A stretch of 64,000 nucleotides of DNA from Hydrolagus colliei (lineage: Eukaryota), in the NCBI GenBank assembly GCA_035084275.1, contig CM068753.1, positions 5,890,001-5,954,000 on the forward strand, given 5' to 3'. A model generated the notes under the pieces. That model saw only the letters and a list, made by a program, of their open reading frames with translations. It was not told where the DNA came from and searched no databases. This document shows, in pieces, positions 12,756-25,769 of this stretch. Both the position numbers and the translations under genes were made by a program. Numbering within the stretch: the stretch's first letter is position 1; every line of letters begins with the position of its first letter.

Positions 12756-13353
12756 CTATAAATGTTATTTTGTTGTTGTTGTTGTTTTCTTGGTCCAGAA
12801 GGTGTGAGAGATCTAGCATTTCTTGTATTTGAATATTAAATAATCATCTGTGAGCCCCCATGAAAGATTAGAGAGAAAAGGTGGGCAGGGTCTCATGACC
12901 CAATGTGGTGTAATATTGAAATATTGTGTGAACCAGATTAGATCTTTAATCTGTGTTGTGTTCTGTGGTCTGATCTGGAATGGTTGAGTAACTGCTGCAG
13001 TTGTTTGCCAGTTTCCAAGATAAGGAGAAAATTGGCTTGGTTGTCGTAAATGCAATTTGTTTTGGTTTGTTGCTGCTTATAGTATGATGGCATGTGTATA
13101 TGTCAAATTAGTATAGAATCATATGGTGAAATAACTTCCCTGCAATCACTGTTCAGGCACTATCTGAAAAATAGCCAGCAAATAAAGCAATATTCAGACG
13201 TTATGGAATCGTCACCCAGGTGAGATGCTGCTTTCATAAGAGGAAAGTGACTAAACTGGAGAGAGAAAAATCCTCACTCAATGCAATTTTACATGATTTG
13301 GATTGCCTATGTAGCTGACAATATAACACTGTTCAATTTCTCTCTAATTACAG

Positions 13354-13396
13354 GGAGGGTACAAGTGATGAGCCATTTAAACGTCACAGGGAGTGA
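13354..13396 (+). CDS. TCTA: TCTA coding exon 3 with stop
   Basis: ctctaattacag| acceptor; (W)EGTSDEPFKRHRE* matches TCTA C-terminus WEMAANEPLKTHRE*; total CDS 309 nt = 102 aa. Confidence 0.9.
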
Positions 13397-14270
13397 TGGA
13401 GATGTACGTATTCTACAGCTGAGAAATGCACTGGTCTGCTGGTGTGAACCTGGATTGTTTAAACTGTCGTTGGGTGCTAAGTTTTCCAAGATTTTGAGTA
13501 TCACAACTTGATCAGTTGAAACATAACTCCTTGCTGTTAAATCCCTTTTTGTTACGCCGTTTTACTGCTTAGACACTTATATTAGAAATGTATGATGGGT
13601 ACCGCTATTAATTGCACTGGTATTGACGCAAAATAGCGATAAAAAAAAACGACACTCACGTGAATAGATCTGTCGGGTTGAGACAGCCCTATTGGACCCT
13701 GTTCTCTGTTGAAATCCATCCCATCTAGCGTATCAACATCTATTTAAAAAAAATTATTCCATTCAGATGGAAGTTGATTCTATTTATATGGAAACTGATT
13801 TCCGATATGCCTGGGCATTATGCATTACTGAAGTCACAGGGTTTTATGCTATGGGTTTTTTTTACATTTTGCAATGTTGCCTTACTTCAGGTTGCAAGTG
13901 GGTATACTTATCTGGGTTCAGTAATGTCCAGATACATATCTCTCAGGCATGATGCTCAACGGTCACTTGAAGACACGAAAACTACTAATTTGATTCCAAA
14001 GTGGAACTCAATAGCTTGTAAGGATCAGCTATGAAGGATGCATTGTTAAGAAGTAACTTGGAAACTAGCAATTTCATGACATCTTGCCTCAAAGGGTGCC
14101 TGATGTACTGTATAGCTTCCCAGACTTCAGGTGCAAATATTTTCAGCACCCAGGCCTGTTTGGGTGTAGACGTGTAATAGCATTGTAGAGGTTTGTTAGC
14201 CTGAATCATCGCATGATTTGTAGATAGGTCGATTGAGAGAATGAGAGAGAATGAAAAGAGAGAATGAAAA

Positions 14271-14276
14271 AATAAA
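14271..14276 (+). terminator. Candidate proximal poly(A) signal of TCTA
   Basis: AATAAA about 875 nt after the stop codon. Confidence 0.4.
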
Positions 14277-16399
14277 ATAATATCACTGTGTAATTTAGAC
14301 TGTTATCTTGCTCTAGCAATGTCACATCATGGGTGATGGTGTTCTCAGAACCCCCAGCTTTATGAATATCCTGTAAGGTAGAGCACAGTATCCACCGGGT
14401 GGAATTTCAATTATCCAGCTGGATAAGAAACAAAAAAACTTATATGATATTAATCTAAATTATTTGGTGATGTCACATTGCTAGACCAAGCTGGGGTTTG
14501 TGGAGTAGAAGGACATGGGATTATGCCTGAAATTTTCCCATAGGCCAATCTTCTATTGATGGGTACGTTTATTTAAGCATTGACTGAAGACCATGTATTT
14601 TCCTCAGAGATGATGAGAAACTCTGGGCTGCTCTAGCACTTCCTAGTATCTGAACTTGAGTTGTGTTCTGTCGGATGAGGCCTAGGCTCTAGTTATTCCC
14701 TTGCACTCCTAGGCCAGTGCTTACCATAATCACTCATTTAGATTTGCATGTACCTGCTGCTAGGGTTTAATTATACAAACAGAATTTGACAATTCCAAAA
14801 CAGTAATGGCCAGAAAACTATGCCTATTTAATTTTTTAAATGATACAGTGAAAATTAAATTATTAGTGCTGCTATTCAAGAACACTTTTATAGTTTAATA
14901 GAATATGTTTGATTATTATTAATAATATTATTTTATTATAATTGATTATTGAAGACTGAACCACCTTGGCTAAGAGATTACATCAAGCTCTTTATGTCAC
15001 AAATGGGTTACATTGTCCATCACAGATTTTTTTTTAGGGGGGATTCTATCTGCCTTCTGTTGTAATATATATTTCTACCTCTTCTACCCTCAACCTCTTG
15101 CCTTGTCAGGCAACTGTCATGTGACTTGTAAATCAAAATTTTGTTTGAGGAGTTAACAGCATTATAGTTACCTCATAATAGGCAGCCACCATATTTCAGC
15201 TACACTCTTGTCATGTGTGCTTTCAAATAAAGCAAAATATAAACTTGCCGTCCACGTGAAGGAGATTCAGAGTGAAATAAGCTTAAAAAGTATGCTTCAA
15301 CTGTAAACTTTATCCCCTTGAAATCTATGTTTTCTGCTCATTTAAAAGAACACTATATCAAAAAAGCTTTAGAACTTCTGGGATGAAAACAGATATTCCT
15401 TTTCTAAACCGAAAGCCCAGATTCTTTATAGTTAACTGCTTAACTTTAAACCATTGCCTTAAAATGCAAGTTTGCACGCAGTAAAATTCTTAAATTACAT
15501 CTAAATTTGGATGCAGGTTTTCCATATTTCTAGGGTTGTATTGGTTAACACAAGTGAGAGGCCCCGGGTGCGATTCATGCAATGGGCAAAACAATGGGCA
15601 CGTTTTCTTCCTCCACGTGCCTATTTACAAAGCAGTAAGTAGGAACCCAGAGTTGTTAGTTGATTGGCGGATCACGATAAAAACACATTTTAAAAAAATT
15701 ATAATTTGGCCGCTCAATCCAAGACTGTTTGTGAGACACTGTTGCATGCAATTAGCTGCTGCGTTTCGCTCACAAAATATATTAAAGACTTATATTAAAA
15801 TGCAAGCATTATTATTTTTACTTTTTTAAAAGAAATGCAAAAAGCTGTTTTCCAAATTGAGACTGAGAATGAAGAATTTCTGTAAACTGCAAGATTTTGA
15901 ATGTTAAGACAATAAAGGACTTAAGATCATGAGGAATATTGAGCCTCTGATCAGCAAACATTTACATATTTCTGGGGATTGTTTGTGCAATTGGGGAGGG
16001 TAGGCTGAACTATAGTGAGCTTTCCTGTTTATTAGTCAGAGCCCTTATATTTTGCAATCAGGAAGTAACAGAACTTCAGTTTCTGAATAGGACAGCATAC
16101 CATTCACCAAAATATTTCCGTTTCTATCGTTGAGCTTTTAAAATGTTCATTTGGGTTTGGCGACTATTTTGTAATAACGTGGGTTATGGTATGACTGTCC
16201 CTCGATTTTACAGCCTTGCCCCCTACCCTACCCACTTTCAAATCCTGCCTAACGACCTTCTTTACGGTCACCTTGCCCCTCCCTCTCTCCCTGGTTCGGG
16301 TTCAGACTCCACCACTGTTAAGTGTTCCAAGTCGCTACCCCACATAAAGGGCAAAATATAAATCCGAGCTGTTGTTATAATACCAGGTACAAGATTATA

Positions 16400-16745
16400 T
16401 AGATGGGCTTTGCGAGAAGAGCAATTTCTGTACACATGGAGCAGGCTCCAGCCTGCTCGATATCTCCCACCCAACCCACCCTACCATTGACGGCTGGGCT
16501 TTCAGTCTCTGCCCCCACCCTTTAGAACTCCATCCCAGAATCGCTTCGCCTCGCTCCCTCCCTTGTCTCCTTCAAGGCTGGACTCAAGCTTTTCGACTGT
16601 GCCCTCAGCGCCCTCCTAACTCTCTGCCTTCTTTCAACCCAACACTGCAACCCCCCCATGCTCTTGTCCTGACCCCCAACTGTTCAGCGCCTTGGGGCAT
16701 TCTCCTGACATGAAAAGCGCTCTACAAATGTAATTTGGTTGTTTT
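16400..16745 (+). mobile_element. L2 LINE 3' fragment
   Basis: cctaccattgacggctgggctttcag...aaaagcgctctacaaatgtaattt; same family as 8545-9100. Confidence 0.75.
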
Positions 16746-17479
16746 ATAAGTATTTAATTTCTCCCCTTTTCCCTCCAGTCTTGCTAATATTTCACCGATT
16801 AACTAAGTGCATGCACGTTATGATTTAGACTTGTAACCAGATGTATGTTTTTGGTCACCTTTTTCCCCCTCCACCTGGTTCGGCCCCAGGTTCCGCTTTG
16901 TGAGGTGCTCTGAGACACTGTCTGGTGTGGAGGGCACAATATAAATCCAAGTTGTTATGTTACTTTAATACCCCTCTGTTTCCATCTATTTGTTTTCTTA
17001 AATTGTGTCTGCACTATATTTCTAGACCATTTTGTACAGTAAAGTCATTAATGATGACTAATGAATCTGAGTCAAATGCAGTTGCTGTTCTTGAATAGTT
17101 ACCCATTCAACAATATTTATACAACAAAACTTTTCATTCATCTACTTTTCTGGGTTCAAAAGCTTATCTGAGAAAGGTATTAATGAAATGTCTGCTCCTT
17201 CTCCAAAATGAATGGCAGAATGATTCAGTTGGTAATTCACCATCCCTAGTGGTCAATTTGCACCAGGAAGCAACAGAATGAGGAATAGAATTAGGTAATG
17301 TATTTTTAATCCTCTCTGCCTGATGACTCAATGAGCAACACTTATTTTGAGAATCCCTTCTAGCAGAATTTGTTGTATAGCTGAGAAATAACCAATATCA
17401 ATCTCTTGCTCAAGAGACAAAAGGCTGATGTGGCTGTCTATCATCTTTATTAAAGATAAATAATATAGGGAGAAGGGTT

Positions 17480-17785
17480 TAAGGAGCGAAAACGTAGGCA
17501 AGTTTCCGTGCTTCACAAGCTTCTGTTTACCTAGCAGTACAGTACTTAGGAATCTGGTTGTTAATCGAAAATTGGTCACTCATTCCACGTCGTGGGACAC
17601 TGCTGTGCGCAATTGGCTGCCGTGTTTTGCCCACAAAATACACAGCCAACCCACTTTACAATATATACTGTGAAGTGCATTGAGACAGCTCAATGATGTG
17701 ATTCTCCTCATTTTATAACATCCCTCAGAGTCAGAGGATTGGATTAAAACAAGGCGTTATATCAAATGAAAGGATTATTATTAAC
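17480..17785 (+). mobile_element. tRNA-derived SINE with L2-type tail (abundant family in this window)
   Basis: ggcaagtttcc...ggacactgctgtgcgcaattggctgccg...cccacaaaatac...gcgttatatcaaatgaaaggattatt; related copies near 15530, 19580, 27870, 35790, 36510, 37375, 39735, 41170, 46400, 46840. Confidence 0.75.
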
Positions 17786-18154
17786 ATTGTGTAGACTTTA
17801 TCGTTCCCCAATCCCAAAAAAAGGATTATCTGCTAGGAAAGCACCAAGCAGAGGTGTTTTTCCAACATCTCTCGCTTTCCCGGGGGAAAGGAGAATCTTA
17901 TAAATCAAGAAATATTCCATCAAGAAAAAACTGAAACAAACTACCGATCGAACATGGATTTGTTTAGACTTGTGAAATGTGTGGGAGAGAGCTTCTTGAT
18001 GCCTGTGGGCCACTTCCAGCCCACAGGCCACAGGTTGCCCACCATGGGGCAAAAACCAACTCACGCTTGCACATTCCAGTATCTAGTTTAAGAACAGCAA
18101 TATTAAATCAGGTTGTCTGCTGGGAACTTGCGAAAGGGTCACAGATAAATAATA

Positions 18155-18560
18155 CAATACAAAAATTACATTTGTATGCGCTTTTCACGTCAGGAGGATG
18201 TCCTAATGTGCTGAACAGTCAGGGATTAAGACCCAACAAGGGTGGAGGTTGTTGGGGTCAGGGAGCATGGAGGATAGGAGGGTGGCCGAAGGCATGGTCG
18301 AAGAGGAGGATCTTGAGGTGTGCCTTCAAAGGAGGCAATGGAGCGAGCAAGGCAAAAGGAAGATGGGAAGGAGATCCGGAGAGGAGAGCAGGGGCAAAAA
18401 GCTGAAGGTCCAACCGACAATGATGGGACAGGCCGGAGCCTAGTGAGCAGATGGAGCGGACAGGTTGATAAGGGATTAGCAAGTTGGAGAGGTAGAAGGG
18501 GCCAGGCTGTGGAGGGCCGCTAAAGTGAGGACAGGGATTTTTAATTCAATCTTCCGAGGG
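18155..18560 (-). mobile_element. L2 LINE 3' fragment
   Basis: Reverse complement of the L2 tail and ORF2 C-terminus seen at 8545-9100. Confidence 0.8.
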
Positions 18561-21500
18561 AAGTTATAAAGTGAGAAGAATTGTGCTTTTATTGGTTAGA
18601 TCGTACCGTTGGTCTCCAAACAAAATACCACGAGCAGCTGCATTTGTACAATATGTAACTGGAATAAGTTGTGTGAGAGAAGCTGAATATTTATTTTATG
18701 TTGTAATGTGCTTTTTTTTCTTTCCCATTTTAAATATTATTTTTATTCTCCCTACTTTAGGTTTCTCTTGGCCCAAGCATCACTTACCTGGCCAGGGGGC
18801 AGTATGCTTCATGCTTCCGCCAAAACCTCTTTTGAGCTGGCCATCTATCCAGAGAAATGGACTGGGGTAACTTTGTCTTTTTCTACTTCCTCTCAGCTCA
18901 AAAGGGAAGTACTGTACCTGGCTTCCACTTACTGGTTTTCCTCAGAAAACAGACAGGGACACATACCTGCCACGTGTCAATGACATTGCTCTGCCACTAA
19001 TCTCTCCCCTCCCCCACCACCTCTCCCCAGACCCATAGCTATAACAAAAGAAGCCGTTGCCACTGTCGTACACTTATTTTTGGCCTGAGACATGAGCAGT
19101 GACTTGACATTTTGCCGTAGCCTTCAATACATTTCACCTTAATTGTACTTACATTTTTTTACTTCTTTTTCTATTGCTACATTATTATACACTTAGTTGT
19201 GGTATACATTAATATTCGAGTAAACTTTGCCAAAAATGGCACCAACTGTTGAAACAGGTCATGAAGGAATGTATATCCTGCTGAAATACCTTTTGAATGT
19301 AAATGCATGTATTTACAGATGAATATTTTATTTTGTAAATCACTGTAATCCATAAATTGGACAACCTTTATACATTTTTAGCTCCTAAATTAACTTATAT
19401 TTATGTTTTTAGACTTCCCTATGCTGTACATTTACAAAACTGTTGTGGTATATATTTTAATGGGGGGTGGGGGGTAGGGGGAGGTTCCGTCCACATGTTT
19501 GTGTAAAAGATAATATGGAGAAATTAAGAAACGCACAATAATTTGGCTTGGTTTGCACTAAATGTGTTTCTTGCTGAAGCTCATTACATTTCAATTACCC
19601 ATAAAATAGTCAAATCAATTTACAGTATATTCTGTGAAGCGCTTTGAGAAGTCTTAACGATGTGATAAAGCGCTATATCAAATGCAAAGATTATTATTAA
19701 TTATCACACGATTATCAATAGTAGTGAGATGTACATGTGCACGATCACCAGCACTGTGTTCACCAATAAACCTGACCTGCAATACTCATTCACATAGTTG
19801 TACATGTTTACTAAATACTTAATCCACTTTTGTGGTAAATCTTTGAATTTCCTTGGGAGTGTTCTTAATCTCCTCTGTACTTGAGAGCATTTGAAACATA
19901 GCTCCACCTCTTCCCCTTCTTTACTACAGGTTGCACAGTAACCAGTGGCAAAACCTGCTTTACGTTCCTAATTTGTTATGAATAAATCGTAAGACAAACC
20001 AGATTGTTATGATGAGCCTTCTTTCTGATCTGGTTACCCACTTAAAGTTTACATGCCTTGGGGGTTTTAAAATCATTACTGTACTGTCTTCCCCTTGGCC
20101 TCGGATGTTATCATGACAAATTCTACAACTCCTGGGATTATTTGCTTCCTCCATTGAGATTTCCGTGATTTGAAGCCGCTTGTGGATGAAGCTACTGCAA
20201 AATGCCACAAATTTTTATCATGTGCTAGGATGAACATGGGTGTAAAACAAGCCCCATTGAAACACTGTTCAGTGCCTGTTGCAAGTTCAAAATCTTATAT
20301 TTCCCCTCAAACATTTCACTACCTGTTTCAATCGAGCTATAAGAAGTGTATCCAACACAGGTCTGAGGTGAATCTGGTATTCCTGATCCAACCACAGTGA
20401 GAAAACTCAATTTTTTAGGTTATTTCCCACCATTTGTCACAAAGCATCTACTCTAACCATGTGTGGAAGGGCCTGCAGTGTCTCGTGTTTCTTTGGTTCT
20501 TCCCTGTGGGGAAGGAGTTGCCGTCCAGTGAAAGCCAAGCTTTGTTGTCGACAGCTATGAACAAATCTATATTTTCTGCAATACATCTGAAGGATTATTA
20601 TTTCATAAATGAAAGGACAAGAAAAATTCAAGTAGATTCTGTTATTTTCATTCTTAACTCACTCCTTCCAGCAAACACCAGGTTTAAATCTGAGAGACTT
20701 CTGCCCTTATTACATTTGTTTCGGCACCTGGTATACCAATAAATGATTAATAATCTTCCATAGTACAGTTTGATTTACTTGACTGTGAAGGCTTCCTATT
20801 ACAGTATAATACTATTTTTAGTATGCATTGATGATTACACATTACACCCTCTTTGTGATAACCCGATTATTTTGTAATGGAAAAAAACTATAATTTAATT
20901 CAGGCAATTTTAAAGACTAATCTATACAAGACAATTTCATCACAATATGATTTAATCACAACCTGTTGTAATTTTGTATAATTGACATGTTATAGGCTCT
21001 TTATTACTTGTGAATATCTACATACATTTCATATGGCAGCTGAGCTCAATTACTTGCCCAAAACACACCTTATAAATGTTTCATATTCAAAACAATAGGG
21101 CAGTTTCTCAACTTTGGTCTTGATTTTAAAGATAACTGTTGGCTTCACGCATGCTTGCTGAATTGTTCACTTGCAGTAATTCAATTCCTAGGTGCAGTAG
21201 TATTATTCATTGCTGTACTGTGAAACCTGTCTGAAGGCTAACACTGGGTACTTATCTAAGGTGCCTACACATTCAGTCACATCTGATTCATTGAGGGAAC
21301 ATTCCTATCTGGTTAACCACCTCGCCAAGCCTATTATTTTTTCGAAGAAGATGCAAGTTACACAGATATGTTTTGGGGCTACAGAATTATATAAAGAAAT
21401 ATTGAATGCATTTTATGCCTTTGATATACAGTAATATGAATAATTTCTTCTGGAGAAAATGTGATCGCACAAGAACAGTGTGCAGAACTGATTTGTTGTT

Positions 21501-22030
21501 CTGGGACCTGAACTTTGCCACATACACCCCCATTTTTAAGAGAGGAACTACTCTTTAATTGAACAGTGGGACTACCATTAAGGTAATTTTTTTAAGACTA
21601 GTTTCATAGTTTTGTATTTAGTAACTGATCTGTATTGTCTGCTACATGATAGATCAATCACGTTATTATCAGGTACAAATCCACATCCATCAAACGGCTG
21701 TTGCAATGTAGAGGTTGAGTCTTTACTATTTCATTGTAAACTCTTAACTGGCCTCAAAACAAGACCTTAGCTGGTGCATATTAGATTCATCAGTACAAGT
21801 TGAGAATGGCATATTTCTGATGCTGTGCATATGTGCAGAAAAGTATTGCAAAACTGTACTACTCTTTTAAATCCTATAGTTGGTTTGCTGTATTTTTGCA
21901 GCTATGTACATAAAATGTATATTATAAATGATGGCAATGTTTACTGGGGTGATGTTGCACTATGAGTACTGGTTTGGCCAAATGTTTTGAAGTGTGGTTT
22001 ACAAGTTTGCGTGAATTAAATTTATTCCGG

Positions 22031-22036
22031 AATAAA
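22031..22036 (+). terminator. Candidate distal poly(A) signal (+ strand)
   Basis: AATAAA preceded by AU-rich sequence with TGTA motifs (TGTACATA near 21905) and followed by T/GT-rich sequence. Confidence 0.35.
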
Positions 22037-22775
22037 CATTTTTTCCGAAATTCTGACTGGTATTGTTCACTATTTGCTTTTTGTCAATTGATTTCCTAAA
22101 ACTATATTTCTCTTCATTTGCTCCTGTCTTTTCTCCCTCTTTAATATATGTATGTCTGGTGCCAACAAGCAATTATTGAAATAGTATTGTAATGCATTTC
22201 CCGAGGTCATTTTTTTCCTTTCTCAAATATAACCAAGATCACTTACTGACTGCTTTCCTGAATTAGACTAACTCAACACAGACCAATGATTGAACTTGAT
22301 AATTTCTGGTTTCTGTGGCTCAGTTTCACAACAGGCAGTGGCTTTACTGACTGAGTCATCGGAAGAAAAACAGGGGTGGGGGGGAGAGGTTGCAGGGAAG
22401 AAGTCTGAACTGGACCACACCCATAAACACTCAAGAGTACAGTAGTTATAAAGCTTCACTGTTAGATAGCAGCACAATGTCAATGAGTGTTAAAGCATTA
22501 AGAGTAGAAGGATACAGTTTATGGGAATGAATGGATCCTGTGGGAATCAGCCATAGTAATCCAACCTGAAACAAAATGCATCTTCTTGTGGTCAGCCAAA
22601 GGTAGAGTTGGTGGGAGGTCTGGGAGCAGACATGCAAGTCCAGGCAAACAGAAAACTCTACCTCAGATCAATTTTCAGTAACAAGCTTTACAACAATGGA
22701 AGCTATAATCTTATATTGAGATATAAAATTGTTTGAGTTTGCTGTATGGCTCCTGATGTCATTTGAATTCCTCTG

Positions 22776-22900
22776 AACATAAGAATAAGGAGCAGGAGTA
22801 GGCTATTCAGCCTCTCGAGCCTGCTCCGCTATTCAATAAGATCATGGCTAATCTACTAATCTAATTCATCTGACCACTTTATCCCCATATCCCTTAATCC
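22776..22900 (-). mobile_element. CR1-type LINE 3' end
   Basis: aacataagaataaggagcaggagtaggctattcagcctctcgagcctgctccgctattcaataagatcatggct, the reversed CR1 3' terminus typical of cartilaginous fish. Confidence 0.7.
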
Positions 22901-23924
22901 TGAATTTACTGCCCTTTAATAACTCCCAATTTATTGGTATGTGCTTGTTCTCATCCACTTTAAAGCATGTTATTTTGATTCAAACATGTAAACATTCAAA
23001 TGACATCAGAGCCCCTAGATTTTCTTTTGCTATCCACCCCCCCCCCCCCCCCCCCACTCCTCTCTCCTGAATAGCTTGTGTAATGGTTTCATGGGTGTCA
23101 GCATTACCTCAACTAACTGACCATTCTTTGTGCACAAGTTTTTTTTGCTTTCAGAGGCAGTGACTATTAGTGCAAATTAAGTTGCTGGATCCTAAGGAGG
23201 TCATGAGGTTTGAAGTGCTGCCAACCAGTTCCCATTAATATCCTATGTCTGATTTCAGAGCCAACTTCAGTCTCGCCTTTAAAGTGAGTAATGTTATAAA
23301 GGACTTCCTCAAACCTTAGCTTCTTTCTCTGTCAAGCTATTCTTGTAGATTTTAAACAGATTTTAAAATCATTACCCTTGTATTGGGAACAAATAATACA
23401 AATTGGCAGAGAACTGAAGGCATATCCTGCAGGTTTGTGACATAGATACTGAGTTTTGGCAGTGTTTGTGTGTGTTTGTGCCTGTGTCTGTACAAAAAAA
23501 ATAGGATCCACGTAGCATGACAGTCTATTATACCAGCAAGAAATACATCACATAACATCACAATGTGCTGGTCAGATGTCATGAATCATAAATATCCCCT
23601 TGGGTGGGGAAAGGTAAGTTCAGTTTCCTTGGGGCTGAATTGGCTGCAAGATGATGCACATGGCAAAGGAATGTTGGAACCGAGTCAAACCTCTGTGGGT
23701 GTCGGAAGTCCAGTTCTTGAGCCAGGCGGGTCTGCAGTACTCTAAACTCTACTGACGTCAGCCAGCCTAGATCATCAGACTTGAAGAGGCAGCGATTCTT
23801 CTCACTCGGCTCGTTAAATCTTTCACAAGTCGGGTGGTCCGAGCTGAAAAGTCGTGGAAAGCTTGCCAGTCAGTGCTATCCACGTCAAGCTATGCAGTTT
23901 CAGCTGGTTGATGGTGATAATAAT

Positions 23925-24208
23925 AATAGCATTTGGAATAGAGCCTTATCACACCGATAAGCGGATTGACTATATTATGGGTAAAATGCAACAGCCAATT
24001 GCACACAGCAGTGACCCACAAGCAGTTGTGGATTGAATGAGGGATTTGAGAAGGGATTACCACAACAAAAAGCGATCTGCCAATCAACTGTTAACTGGGT
24101 AAATAGGCAATATGGAGTAAGGAAACTTGCCTAAGATTTTGCCCTGCCCAGGTATTCATCCCGGGACCTCTTGCTTGCAAGGTGAACACGCTAACTATTA
24201 CACTATGG
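23925..24208 (-). mobile_element. Near full-length tRNA-headed SINE
   Basis: Minus strand starts ccatagtgtaatagttagcgtgttcaccttgcaagcaagaggtcccgggatgaatacc (A-box/B-box-like tRNA head), then the shared body and (att)n tail. Confidence 0.75.
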
Positions 24209-25769
24209 TTAAAGTCCAGTAGTACCCTCACACACTGACCTAAGATCCACCTTATAGATTCTATAATTTGGTGAGCAGGGACAACATCCCTCCACGAAAG
24301 AATATACAAATCCATACATGGGAGATTTCCAATGTTTAGGCAGCACACATTTGTGAAAGTTTGGCTGGCTGGATGCTGTTATCTGTGTCGGATACCTCAC
24401 TGACAAAAAAATGCAGTAGTTTACTAATATATCTGAAACGTTATTTACCACTATAAAGTTTTGTTGACTAGGGCAATTGAGCCCTCAACATGATTCTGGA
24501 GAGGAATGGAATAATGTAATGGTCCTTGTTTGAACTTTAATATTTCTTAAGCCATGCTTCAGTCAGGAAGGTGGGAAAAGCAGCATGAAGCCCTCTTCAC
24601 TGACAGAAACATAGATATTTTCTTTACCGAAGTTGCCATTTTATGGATGAGTGAACCTATTGAGTACCTTTAATGGAAAATCTGGTGCTAAACCAGGCGA
24701 GCTATCAAACTTGCATTCCCTCAGCCAAGCAAGACCTTTCACAGGAAAGGGTGGAGTGTGAGTTGCTTCCAGGTTCATCATCAATCTCTATGAATGGAGT
24801 TCTTTAGTTTAGGCAGATGTGCTCAAGGATATTTCACCCTCTCTCTCTCTTGAACTGGTAAATACACTATTCTGGGACAACTGATTCCAAACAGCAGTCA
24901 GGCCTGTAATTCAGACTCAAAGTCAAAGTCCAGTATTTTTTAACCTATAATCTCTGTACTGCACTTAACCAAGCCAACCTTATTTGGAGAGAGGATGCTC
25001 AGCAGTTATACAGTTTAAGATCTAATTAAAAATGCCTGCATACCAGTTACACTTCGTCCTTCTCTGGCCATTTACAATCAGATTGGATCCATTATTAAAT
25101 CTGCTGGTTGTAGCTTTCAAGTGAGAAATTGGAAGCTGAAGGCCCATGTTGGCCTTCATGGCCAACGTGAGCTCACAGTCCAGACTAATGATGGCCAGGC
25201 GAACCTTTTGCACTAGCCTTAGGTGAGTGTGTTTTACATCAATGTTATGTTTCCAGTTCTCTTTATTGAACATGTCTTGATTTATGGCATAAATCAGCAG
25301 ATCTAGGCTGACACTGCAGTGCAATTGGATGGCTATGATTAAACAGTCACTACAATTTATAGTAAATCCTGTGAAGCAATATGAGATGTTTCAATGACAT
25401 GATGAGACACAACACCAAATGGAAGGATTCTAATAACTTGTTATTAAATTTTTTATTGTCAATATTCTTATTCTTTCAAATCCAGTTCATACATTTTATC
25501 TAGTTAGGAAAAGCTTAACCTTCGACACTTTAATTACTGAATTTGATACTCGTCATGTTTTTTATTATAAATCTATTGAAACAGTAGATGCTACATTTTA
25601 GCAGCAAAGGGAATTTTACCCTTTCAATTTCAAAACATAGAAAATCTATTTTGTTAACATGCATGGTAAACATTAAGTAGATTGATTAAAGAGACAATCT
25701 AGCTTCTTACATATTTCTAGATCACATTAGGCATAAAGGTGGATAATGTGGAAAGGTCATTCTCAACAC

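Noticed and set aside
24150-24208. tRNA gene
   Set aside because: Degenerate tRNA-derived SINE head attached to a SINE body; no complete cloverleaf
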